Translations under genes and position numbers: made by a program
Shown: positions 47,513 to 59,987 of the stretch, one piece after another
Numbering within the stretch: the first letter of the stretch is position 1
Layout: every line of letters starts with the position of its first letter
IMG/VR virus record: IMGVR_UViG_3300032240_002419
Location: 1,803 to 65,802 of that record
Length of the DNA stretch: 64,000 bases
Direction: 5' to 3' (one strand)
Source: a virus
Taxonomy: Duplodnaviria > Caudoviricetes
The notes under the pieces: generated by a model
Seen by the model: only the letters and a program-made list of their open reading frames with translations
What the model was told of the DNA's origin: nothing
Databases searched by the model: none

Positions 47513-48007
47513 TTAAGTTAAAAGCTCTAGATTTAAGAATTTGGCCTCGTCGTAAATCCTTGCTTTCCATCCGGATAGATACTCCTTGGAGGCTGGGCGA
47601 TGTTGAACTATGAGGTCAAATACGTTAAGTTCGTCTTTTAAGTAAAGGACTGGGTCATTTGTTGATCTTTGGAGACATCTGTTAGCTTGTTTCCTGCCAC
47701 TCATAGTAGCGCAATTGAAGTAACACTCCCCGAGTTTAGGAGACATTAACTCAATGCGATCCATGCACCAATGCTTCCAATAGATCTGTACCGCTTGATC
47801 GTAAGTCAAATTTACGATCTGCTCCTCGGTAAGGTGCCAAGGAGACTCTTTGTGTTCCCCATAGTCAATTCCAAATTTCGTAGTTCCTCCGGGATCGTTC
47901 GGATCTCGCTCAGCGCGGGCAAAAGAGTAATCCCCGTAGTGGCCTTTGACGAAGACCGTCTCATGCTTCAACACGAAGGGTATGAATATGTTAAAGCGAG
48001 AGGTCAC
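47513..48007 (-). CDS. endolysin, glycoside hydrolase family 108-like
   Basis: LKHE...DPNDPGGTTKFGI, LTYDQAVQIY..W, C-terminal YLSGWKARI. Confidence 0.85.
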   Translation of the reverse strand: MTSRFNIFIPFVLKHETVFVKGHYGDYSFARAERDPNDPGGTTKFGIDYGEHKESPWHLTEEQIVNLTYDQAVQIYWKHWCMDRIELMSPKLGECYFNCATMSGRKQANRCLQRSTNDPVLYLKDELNVFDLIVQHRPASKEYLSGWKARIYDEAKFLNLELLT

Positions 48008-48449
48008 GTCCTAGGAAGTCTTTGGGGGATCGGAATGAACCGACGATAACTTCTTGCGTGGTCGCAGGCTGAGAGATTTCTGATGCAGTCGAGACGTTGA
48101 GATTCTGAATGGGCTGGTTGCTGTCTATAGCTACATTGTGTTGATTGCGTTCAATTCTTTCGATAGTCGTGTCTTCGCTCATGTGCTGAAGCGCAGAAAC
48201 GGCTTTCCAGTCAAACGCTGACTGCCCGGTAATCAACGTAACCGCCAATGCCATGAAAGCCATAATCGCGGTGCTGGAAAGCTCTACAACTTCTTTCGCT
48301 GCCTCCGCATGCTTGAGAAGTATTCCGAATGCAACAAACACGGTCGCAGCAACCAAAAACGCGGCGACTCCTGCGTATATGGCCTTCTTGGAAGCCAATA
48401 CGGGCTGAGTCAGCTTGCTCTTGATAACCTGCTGTCGAGTCTCTTGCAT
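47991..48449 (-). CDS. putative holin (2 TM)
   Basis: SKK + two hydrophobic helices, ITGQSAFD; adjacent to endolysin. Confidence 0.6.
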   Translation of the reverse strand: MQETRQQVIKSKLTQPVLASKKAIYAGVAAFLVAATVFVAFGILLKHAEAAKEVVELSSTAIMAFMALAVTLITGQSAFDWKAVSALQHMSEDTTIERIERNQHNVAIDSNQPIQNLNVSTASEISQPATTQEVIVGSFRSPKDFLGRDLSL

Positions 48450-48452
48450 GAC

Positions 48453-48986
48453 TTAAAAGAACCTCACCCAAGAAAAAACTGCTGCAAAAACTAATCCCGC
48501 AACGACAAGTCTTCCGGCAAAGCTGTATGCAGCAAACATCGGGGTCAGCAAAGGGGTCACCATTCCAAGCAAATTAAACACGAAGAGTGCCGACACCGTG
48601 GCCAAAGTAAACCCCAAGAGATTGAGCTTATGATCCCGCTTGGCGATGATCTTTTGATCGGCGATGATCTTGGCATCCTTCGACTCGCTGTCGGCCTTCC
48701 ACCAATCACGCTCGGCGATTACTTTGTCAGCAGAAACCTGAACCAAGGCCAATTTCTTTTGAGTAGAGGCTACTTCAGCGCGACCGGCTTGCGCAATCTT
48801 TGCGATCTGTTTACGGGAAACTTCTTTCTGCACCTGCTCGAAGTCTTTGTCGATCGCTGATAGACCCTGCGCGACTGGCGTGGTGTCGACCCGGTGCAGA
48901 GCACGATTAACACAACCCACAAGAGCAAGACTGCCAAAAAGAAGGACGTACGGGAGGAGAACAAGTCGATCATTTAACGTTTTCAT
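48453..48986 (-). CDS. lipoprotein with coiled coil and C-terminal TM helices (spanin-like)
   Basis: Lipobox LVGC; coiled coil; hydrophobic C-terminus. Confidence 0.55.
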   Translation of the reverse strand: MKTLNDRLVLLPYVLLFGSLALVGCVNRALHRVDTTPVAQGLSAIDKDFEQVQKEVSRKQIAKIAQAGRAEVASTQKKLALVQVSADKVIAERDWWKADSESKDAKIIADQKIIAKRDHKLNLLGFTLATVSALFVFNLLGMVTPLLTPMFAAYSFAGRLVVAGLVFAAVFSWVRFF

Positions 48987-49206
48987 CGGAGGGGCGGGAC
49001 TTGTGTGATATTAACCGACTAAAGATGGCCACTGTCGAAGCACAAATAGAAAACACTGCTGCAAACGCACCCAATACCGCGAAGACGTCCTGAAGCCATG
49101 GATGGGAAGAGATGTAAGAGGCCTGAGTGGCGGCTACGGAAAGTGAAGCCGATCCCATGGTTGCGGCTATTTCTACTCCGAGAGGAGGAGGTTGTGAGTG
49201 GTTCAT
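48970..49206 (-). CDS. small membrane protein (holin/antiholin-like)
   Basis: Hydrophobic helices, basic C-terminus. Confidence 0.55.
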   Translation of the reverse strand: MNHSQPPPLGVEIAATMGSASLSVAATQASYISSHPWLQDVFAVLGAFAAVFSICASTVAIFSRLISHKSRPSDENVK

Positions 49207-49273
49207 AAAAAGTCGATACTTTTTTGTCGGCTTCTTCCGGAGGTTTTACCCTCCGGAGAAGAATTGACAAAGG

Positions 49274-49471
49274 TTATTTGCTAAATCGGACGTTAATGAC
49301 CCCCGATCCATCTGGCTGCACATTAACCCCAAGTGCAATCAAATTTGAGAGATCCGACTGACTGGCGGGAAGCGTTAGTAGGGGTTGAAGGGCGGATTTA
49401 AGAGCGGAGATATCCTCCGCGCTCAGTTTAGCAGAAGCCGTAATAGGCTGAGTGTTGAGTTGGATTGACAT
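49274..49471 (-). CDS. hypothetical protein (65 aa) with MCP-like leader
   Basis: ORF with A/C leader. Confidence 0.65.
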   Translation of the reverse strand: MSIQLNTQPITASAKLSAEDISALKSALQPLLTLPASQSDLSNLIALGVNVQPDGSGVINVRFSK

Positions 49472-49609
49472 GATGTGGGTTTGCTGGATTTTATCGGTTC
49501 AGCTTCCGGTTATACAACGATCGAGGTTCCCTCATTCTCTACGCTAAGCTTACGAAGAGAGCTTGGGGTTGCCGTGATCTATGTAAAAGGTTTATTTAAA
49601 TTAAATTCA

Positions 49610-49870
49610 CTAGGGAATAGTTAAAGGTTTAAATGCTTCGGCCGGATTTGATCCTAGCAATTCCAAAATCCTAGCGTCTGCTTGTTCTTGAGTCCAGTTC
49701 CCAACAGTGTCGTAGTCTGCTCCACTCCACAAAATCAAAGGTTTTGGTATGCCTCTGAAGATGGCGGAAACGGTTTTCTTAAACGAATTATCAGTAATGT
49801 AATACTGAGGGTTAACCGGAATTTTAACTTCCGAGATAACTACGTTGAGTTCGGAGGGTAACGTTATCAT
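49610..49870 (-). CDS. fibre-associated small protein
   Basis: LILWSGADYD.VGNWT...ARILELL. Confidence 0.65.
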   Translation of the reverse strand: MITLPSELNVVISEVKIPVNPQYYITDNSFKKTVSAIFRGIPKPLILWSGADYDTVGNWTQEQADARILELLGSNPAEAFKPLTIP

Positions 49871-49909
49871 AGAACTAAGTATGTGGGTTTGGGGTGGAGG
49901 ATTGCAATT

Positions 49910-53702
<3,793 letters not shown>

Positions 53703-53758
53703 TCAAAATTTTTAGATAATCCGACGAAGGATTGAACTTCGCCGGATTATGCTGATAC

Positions 53759-54286
53759 TTACTTTTTGAACTTTTTAGCCTTGCTCTCGATGGCGCTAAG
53801 GAAATCCTTAGGCTCACCAGCATCGTTGGCCTCGGGTTCTTCGGTCGTGGGTTCAGACTCTTCGTCTTCCTCCATGTCATGAGATTCGGGTTCGGCTCCA
53901 GCTTCTTCTTCAGAAGTCTCCTCTTCAGGAGTTTCTTCAGATTCTTCTTCAGGAGTCTCTTCCTCTTCGCCGTACTCATCGCTGACGGGCGCGCCGTCAA
54001 GTTCGTTGAGAACGAGTTTCCCGTTTTCCATCTTTAGCGTGGCCATTGCGTCGAAAGGCTCACCTTCTTTGACGCCCTCGGGCAGCTTAAAGCCCTCGGG
54101 TTTGGCAAAAGAAAGTTTACCCGTCTTGGACTCGGCCTTTTCATCCTCGACAAAAGGTCCAGAGACGCTCTTGTCTTCGGGTGCTCCGCCAGACATGGAA
54201 TTGTTGAGATACTGTTCCATCGGGTTCATGTGCTTGGTTCCTTTTTTGGGTTTACCGCCCATTCCGATGATAAGCATTGTGCCCAT
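53759..54286 (-). CDS. acidic head-associated hypothetical protein
   Basis: Glu-rich EETPEEE repeats; follows MCP. Confidence 0.7.
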   Translation of the reverse strand: MGTMLIIGMGGKPKKGTKHMNPMEQYLNNSMSGGAPEDKSVSGPFVEDEKAESKTGKLSFAKPEGFKLPEGVKEGEPFDAMATLKMENGKLVLNELDGAPVSDEYGEEEETPEEESEETPEEETSEEEAGAEPESHDMEEDEESEPTTEEPEANDAGEPKDFLSAIESKAKKFKK

Positions 54287-54304
54287 ACGGTTTGGAAAAT
54301 CATC

Positions 54305-54348
54305 CCCCAGTAAGTGCCGGGGCCGTTAAGCCCCAGCACTTATTTGGG
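54305..54348 (-). terminator. long hairpin after MCP
   Basis: TAAGTGCCGGGGC/GCCCCAGCACTTA inverted repeat. Confidence 0.6.
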
Positions 54349-54356
54349 AGGGTGGA

Positions 54357-55835
54357 TTAGGCTACGATGCCGGGCTGATAGCCGCTACCGTCCGTGGTGT
54401 AGCTCATGGTCGGCTGGGCGATAACCTCAGCGGAGCCATGGTACACTGCGTTCAGAACCAGCGGGGTGCTGGCACGCAGGTGGCGGATAACATAACCCCA
54501 CTCAGGACGGATCGGCTTCGATCCGGCGCTGAGGATGGCACGGAAGTAACCGATCGTACCATCCGGATTGAGGTCAGGATGGAGGATGTTCTTCCACTTG
54601 AAGTCTCCCATGTAGGAGACCGCATCAAACGTGACGTTTGAACCAGCCGCAGTGATCGGTTTGGGAACGAGGTTAACGAACACATCCTGATGGAAGATGA
54701 TCGTGTCCTCATACGCAGCCGACTCGTAGGCGGTATTGATGTCGTACTTGTATCCCTGCGTAGTCTGCAAAGACTTGTAGGGCAAGCGACGGACGTAGAT
54801 TTTGGTTCCGGTAGCGCCACCAACATTGTTGGATAGGGTAACGTTGGCTCCGGTAACCGTTGCGACAACCGTTCCAAGGGGGATGTTGGTGCCGGAAACT
54901 TGGTCTCCAACAACAAGATCGCCGGAATTGGCGGTCACGATGGCACTGCCAGAGCTAACGCTAGTGATCGTCACCGCATCGTGGCGAGGACCCCAATCGT
55001 CAACCATGTGGAAGAACCCGGCGTACGAACGCTCAATGCCGAGAGGCGAGAGCAGCTCGTTGACCTTGCTCGACCACCGGTAATCCTGACGGATGTCGGG
55101 ATTCTGGGCGATAAGGTTACGGGAAGCCTCAGAGGAGAGGACCGCACCGAAGACGGGGCGGCTATTCTCACGATCGAGGGGGTTATTTCCTGCTCCGTCG
55201 CGGATGAGCTTCATATAAACGCGATCAAGCAGACCCTGAACCAGAATGCTGGTAGGAAGGGTCGTGCTGCTGAACAAGCTATTTTCACCCGAGTTCTGCA
55301 CAACGTTACCGTTGCCATCAACGGCAGCGATAATCTTGCCCTGAGAGAGGCGAACAAACTCGTCACGATAACGCTCCTGCCAAGCATAGGAGGTGTTCTC
55401 CTGAAGGATGGCAAAGATGTTGGAGAGCTGCTCTTTCCTCTTCAAGCTGAAGCGCAGGTCGTTCACGGAGAGCTTGGGGCTCTCGAGAGCGGTCTGGGTC
55501 AGGTTGTAAGTGCGGAGCGTCTGGGCGAAGTTAATCACCTGAGCGGAAGGCACAGCGTTGTTACCCCAGCCGCTGCCAGAGGCGACGGTGGTGTTATTGC
55601 TGTAGCTACCATCATTAGCGATGACAGGGTCAATAGCGATTTTGTTCCAGCTCAGAGAGTTCGACGGAAGCGAACGCTCGTAGGTAAGAACGCGAATGGT
55701 GTCACCCATCTCGTCGGGCCAAACGTCTTTCTTGACGAGCTTGAGCCAAGGCGAGGTGTTGAGGGTTTTGCGGTAGATGTCGGGGCCGATACGATTAGCT
55801 TCGTTGATCAGCACCTGTTCGATGTCGTAAGCCAT
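54357..55835 (-). CDS. major capsid protein
   Basis: 492 aa downstream of scaffold, own promoter and 3' hairpin, strongly biased codons; function from synteny. Confidence 0.8.
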   Translation of the reverse strand: MAYDIEQVLINEANRIGPDIYRKTLNTSPWLKLVKKDVWPDEMGDTIRVLTYERSLPSNSLSWNKIAIDPVIANDGSYSNNTTVASGSGWGNNAVPSAQVINFAQTLRTYNLTQTALESPKLSVNDLRFSLKRKEQLSNIFAILQENTSYAWQERYRDEFVRLSQGKIIAAVDGNGNVVQNSGENSLFSSTTLPTSILVQGLLDRVYMKLIRDGAGNNPLDRENSRPVFGAVLSSEASRNLIAQNPDIRQDYRWSSKVNELLSPLGIERSYAGFFHMVDDWGPRHDAVTITSVSSGSAIVTANSGDLVVGDQVSGTNIPLGTVVATVTGANVTLSNNVGGATGTKIYVRRLPYKSLQTTQGYKYDINTAYESAAYEDTIIFHQDVFVNLVPKPITAAGSNVTFDAVSYMGDFKWKNILHPDLNPDGTIGYFRAILSAGSKPIRPEWGYVIRHLRASTPLVLNAVYHGSAEVIAQPTMSYTTDGSGYQPGIVA

Positions 55836-56026
55836 AGTGGTGTAAAATGTGATTGCTGGTTAACAGGCTAACCCACCGGATAGTTCCAGTTATAAAAGTC
55901 AGCTTGTTTGTTGGTTTCCCCGCCCCGAGCCAGAAGCAGAGTATTTTAAGCTCTAGAAGTGTTGATCAACGTGATCGAGGCTCACGCCGCCTTTTCCGAG
56001 TTGGGTGCGACTCGGGACGCAAGAGT

Positions 56027-56056
56027 GGTTTAAGCTTACGGGATCATATCTGTCAA
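56027..56056 (-). promoter_or_regulatory. putative MCP promoter
   Basis: TTGACA-N18-TAAACC on minus strand; same -10 variant as the ferritin-like gene promoter. Confidence 0.5.
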
Positions 56057-56068
56057 GCATTTTCCCAC

Positions 56069-56105
56069 AAAAAAGATGTGGCCACTACCTCTCGGCAGTG
56101 ACCAC
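56069..56105 (-). terminator. intrinsic terminator after scaffold gene
   Basis: GTGGTCACTGCC-GAGA-GGTAGTGGCCAC-ATC-TTTTTT on minus strand. Confidence 0.75.
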
Positions 56106-56137
56106 GTAGTCTTATCCGCGACTAGGCGGATAGATAA

Positions 56138-57394
56138 TTATCCCAGATGCTGTTCCAAAGCCTCAAGGAATCCAACATCTTCAGGAACGTCCCTGCTAGT
56201 ATCGGAAGATCCGGAACCCGCTTTAGGTGACCCGTTTCGGTACCCGGCAATAGTTTTGTTGGCTTTGTCCAGATCCGCCTTGGCCGCTTGAAGGGCCTTG
56301 AGGATATGGGGCAAAACAGCTCCAGAATGGGCCAGATAGGCCTTCAGGTCGGCAGGCGCAGAAGAGTAATCTCCTTTGGCCAAACGCTTTACGTCAGCGG
56401 CTACCTCTTCATCAGAGAGAACCGGAACCGACTTCTTCAGGTCATTGAAGACTTTTTCGGAAGCCTTCTCGTAAGCGGCCTTAGCCTCGGCAACAGTCTT
56501 CTCGGACTGAGCCTGTTGATTGGCAATTTCAGACTGACGCTGCTGCTCAATCTGGGCCATGCGATCCCTACTGGTGGACTGGTAATAGTCGCGGCGACGA
56601 ATGATTTCGTTGTAGTCATCTGCAGCGGCGTAGAACTTCAGCCGATCGCGTTCGTTCATGTTGGACGCAATGTCCGAAACTAATTCGTTCTGCTTGGCAG
56701 GATCAGATTCGGCAAAAGCGGCCAGCATATCACTAGAATTGAGCTCATACCGAGTAGACAAATCGTTGACAAATCCCATGACATTCACCATGGGTTCGTA
56801 AACGTTTTGTTTGTATTCGGCAGTTGCCTCAACCCGAGAAACAGCCAACTCCTTTTCATACTCTTCGTTGATCTGTTTCAAACGGTCCAGCTCGCTGTTG
56901 TCAGCAGGAGGGGTTGTCTTAAGCTTCTCGATTTCAGACTTAAGTTCCTCAAGCTGCTTCTTGTAGGCGCGATTCTCGTTTCGGAGTTCGCCCCATTTGA
57001 CAGCAGCCTTTTCGGTCAAACCTTTAGGAGTTTCCTCGGTGGGAGTCTCTTCGGAATCTTCGGTCTTGGTCTCCTCAGTGGATGCATCTTCCGGAGTTTC
57101 TGTAGTTTCGGGTTCTTCTGCTTTGACGACTTTTGCTGCCTTTTTGACGGATTTTTTGGTCTCTTTTTCCGTCACCGCATCGTTGTTCTCGGCCTGCTTT
57201 TCAGACCGGGTTTTTTCTCCGTCATCAACTTTACCGTATTTAGTGGCTCCGGTATCTTTGTTAATCTGATCCATTGCCGCATCCAACCTACTTGCCCAAT
57301 CGGTATCGGAACCGGTATCGGGAGCAGAAGTTACGGGAGGGGTGACTTGCAGGTCGGCCTGCGATGATGTTTCGACTACAGTTGGGGTTTCCAT
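56138..57394 (-). CDS. capsid scaffolding protein
   Basis: Acidic disordered N-terminus plus long coiled coil, between portal and MCP. Confidence 0.7.
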   Translation of the reverse strand: METPTVVETSSQADLQVTPPVTSAPDTGSDTDWASRLDAAMDQINKDTGATKYGKVDDGEKTRSEKQAENNDAVTEKETKKSVKKAAKVVKAEEPETTETPEDASTEETKTEDSEETPTEETPKGLTEKAAVKWGELRNENRAYKKQLEELKSEIEKLKTTPPADNSELDRLKQINEEYEKELAVSRVEATAEYKQNVYEPMVNVMGFVNDLSTRYELNSSDMLAAFAESDPAKQNELVSDIASNMNERDRLKFYAAADDYNEIIRRRDYYQSTSRDRMAQIEQQRQSEIANQQAQSEKTVAEAKAAYEKASEKVFNDLKKSVPVLSDEEVAADVKRLAKGDYSSAPADLKAYLAHSGAVLPHILKALQAAKADLDKANKTIAGYRNGSPKAGSGSSDTSRDVPEDVGFLEALEQHLG

Positions 57395-57409
57395 ATTGGT
57401 GGTTTGGGT

Positions 57410-57706
57410 TTACTTTTCTTCAGGTTCCGAGGCGTATTTCCAAGGAACCAAATTGTTTTCTTCCGTAAGTTTCTTGGGCTCGACGGACAGGGATTTCAAA
57501 TTCCGTAGGAACTCAAAATACCCCTCACGTTTGGCGTTAAGTAGAGCGTTGTTCTCCAAAAGATTTGGAGTACTCGCGGTATACTTTGTCTTGGGAAGAC
57601 CATGATCCGTCAAAACGGACAGAGCTAATTGCATGGTCGAATCAGAAAGTAGCAAACGAAGGTTCGCTACTAGATCGGGCCTTTCGGCCCACTCTTTGTA
57701 GGTCAT
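57410..57706 (-). CDS. small head protein between portal and scaffold
   Basis: 98 aa; NAKREGY motif; synteny. Confidence 0.65.
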   Translation of the reverse strand: MTYKEWAERPDLVANLRLLLSDSTMQLALSVLTDHGLPKTKYTASTPNLLENNALLNAKREGYFEFLRNLKSLSVEPKKLTEENNLVPWKYASEPEEK

Positions 57707-57723
57707 GTAGTTTTTTGGGTTTT

Positions 57724-59943
57724 TTAGACTGACTGCTGACGAATCTTTTGTGCCATTTCTGCGTCGCGAAGGGCAAGCTTTTGTTTTGCTTCTGCAGCCT
57801 CAAGAGCCATTTTTTGTTGATGCCGCTCGGCTTCCAGCTGCATCTCTTGCTGATGTTGTTGCAGTTTGACCTGATCTTCGGCTCCCGAGCCTTGTTGGGG
57901 AGCCCCTTGCTGTTTAGCCTGCTGCGACTGAATCTTTTCGCTGGTCTGCTCAAAAATTTCGGATGATTGCTGCAAGGCTTTCTTCATCTGCCCATATTCC
58001 TGTTTACGGCTGGCATCTTGTGCAATTTGCTCTAGGTGCTGGGTGGCGTGGGGGAAGGCAACCTGTGCATAGGCCACAGCTTGTTGAGGATCGGCCTGAC
58101 CCTGCTTCAGGGCTTCGGCCTGTTGAGCAATATCCTGAATGTGGACCTGAGCATGAACAAAGTGATTCTCGCTCGGGGATACCTGAATTTGTTTGCCCTG
58201 TGCCATAGCAGCGTTTTCGAGCTCTGCAATTTTCTGGTCTACAACGGGTCGGAGGTTGGGTTGCTCGGGAACATACCGATCAACTTGATCATAGCCCACT
58301 CGAGTAGCAATACGATCGCGGAGAAGGTTGGTACGGCCCTGCTCATCAAACTGACCCATCATCTGCATCATCTCGTCAAAGGCAACCAACCTGAGCTGAT
58401 CACTACCTGCTCCGATTGATCGGACGGCATTAACGGATTCAATCTTCCTGTGAAGCACTTCAAGGGGTACTCCTCTCTCGGTGCAATATTTCCAGAAAGC
58501 CATGACCTGACGACCCCCTCTTTCGTATCCGAGATAATCTTCCCGAGTCGCCCGTTTAAAGCAGCCCCGAAGGAGGCGTTCCCAAGGAGCATAAAACAAC
58601 CCCATGGAGGCCGTAGTAAGATGAGCATCTCCTTGAAGCTGAGCCTGAACCTCAAACTTAGTACGTTCCGTCGAATTGGGGTTTCCAGTAGGTGCCGTAT
58701 AGGCCCCAGCACGACGCTGAAGTTGCTCGGCCATATCCTGCAACACGGGAATGGCGTTCTGACCAAAGTTGGGCAACTGCTTGTCAACAATGTTAACCCC
58801 AGACTGCATGATGGAGAAGGGTCCAAGGTACTCGAACGCCAAATTCTCCAAAGCGTCTTCACTCTCAGGCTGAATCAACAGAGAGCTAGAAAGCATGGAA
58901 CCATCAACGAGCTGGCAACGCATTCGGTTGGAAACCTGAATGTGCGGGAAAATTTTATAGCCCAAACCGCGTATACTTTGATAGAAACCGTTAGTTCCGA
59001 CGCCGTAAGTAAAAGTTACGAACGCATCGCAAGCTTTACTAAAACGTCCACGCTTTTGATAAAGAAAGTCTTCGTTGCTTCCGTCGGCTAATGAAATGTA
59101 GTGGCTTATGGTGCCGTCGTATTCCTTGACCCACCCGTGGATAACTCGGATTTCGGAACCGGAACCATGAGCCACGAAAAGATCGTTGTTCTTGAGGTCT
59201 TCCTCGTACCGTTCCCAATCTGTAATGTGATATGTGGACTGAGCTCCGGTATTGGCCAAAATGGCTTTTTGAACTTCCTCAATATTCCAGCCTAAAGACT
59301 TGGCTCGTTCTTGATCTTTAATAAAGTTGTAAAGCTCATGAGCCCGCATAATACGGGGACTTACAGCTACCTCGATGCTGTCCTCGTTGGCCCATGTTCT
59401 ACGTGGAATAAGGAAATCTCCGATTTTAGAGACTTGCCAACGCCAATCGTATTCATCTTCCCAGTAATTAATGGAGACGCCATGTTTAACGAAATAGTTG
59501 GCATTCAACATGTAGCGAGGGAAAAACTCATCCCATTCTCGAAGCATTTTGGTAAAGCCCGTCGCAATGATTTGCTCATAGTCGGACTTTTTCTGAGGGT
59601 CTTCTTCCTTAACCCGTACAGAAATCAAATTCTCTACCGAGTTAATGAGGTCGATATACCCAGCAAGAGCGGCCTCAAGCATATACTCCGACTCTCCAAA
59701 ATTAAGATTGCATCGACTGGCCATACCTGCCTGACGAAGAATGTTGTCAGCGTACGGGGGAGCCCCATCAAACATGGCGTCCACTTCGGCGCGGTTGCGA
59801 GCATTAACGTCATCAGCCTGCTTGAGCCGTAGATAAACCTGATGCAGGGAATCTGGGTCCCGAATACGACTTGCCGGAGCCGAACCATCGGGATTCAAAT
59901 TGCCAACGAGCGGGTCGTTGATATTAGGGGAAAGATACTCCAT
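57724..59943 (-). CDS. portal protein
   Basis: 739 aa after TerL, RTKFEV motif, Gln-rich coiled-coil tail as in podoviral portals. Confidence 0.8.
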   Translation of the reverse strand: MEYLSPNINDPLVGNLNPDGSAPASRIRDPDSLHQVYLRLKQADDVNARNRAEVDAMFDGAPPYADNILRQAGMASRCNLNFGESEYMLEAALAGYIDLINSVENLISVRVKEEDPQKKSDYEQIIATGFTKMLREWDEFFPRYMLNANYFVKHGVSINYWEDEYDWRWQVSKIGDFLIPRRTWANEDSIEVAVSPRIMRAHELYNFIKDQERAKSLGWNIEEVQKAILANTGAQSTYHITDWERYEEDLKNNDLFVAHGSGSEIRVIHGWVKEYDGTISHYISLADGSNEDFLYQKRGRFSKACDAFVTFTYGVGTNGFYQSIRGLGYKIFPHIQVSNRMRCQLVDGSMLSSSLLIQPESEDALENLAFEYLGPFSIMQSGVNIVDKQLPNFGQNAIPVLQDMAEQLQRRAGAYTAPTGNPNSTERTKFEVQAQLQGDAHLTTASMGLFYAPWERLLRGCFKRATREDYLGYERGGRQVMAFWKYCTERGVPLEVLHRKIESVNAVRSIGAGSDQLRLVAFDEMMQMMGQFDEQGRTNLLRDRIATRVGYDQVDRYVPEQPNLRPVVDQKIAELENAAMAQGKQIQVSPSENHFVHAQVHIQDIAQQAEALKQGQADPQQAVAYAQVAFPHATQHLEQIAQDASRKQEYGQMKKALQQSSEIFEQTSEKIQSQQAKQQGAPQQGSGAEDQVKLQQHQQEMQLEAERHQQKMALEAAEAKQKLALRDAEMAQKIRQQSV

Positions 59944-59987
59944 TTAGGGTAGAATGCCGGTGGTTATGGCTTAGTGTGATTGGGCTG

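Noticed and set aside
55985-56030. c-di-GMP-I riboswitch (GGGACGCAA on + strand)
   Set aside because: Wrong strand relative to MCP; lacks GGCAAA/GAAA tetraloop and P3 elements.
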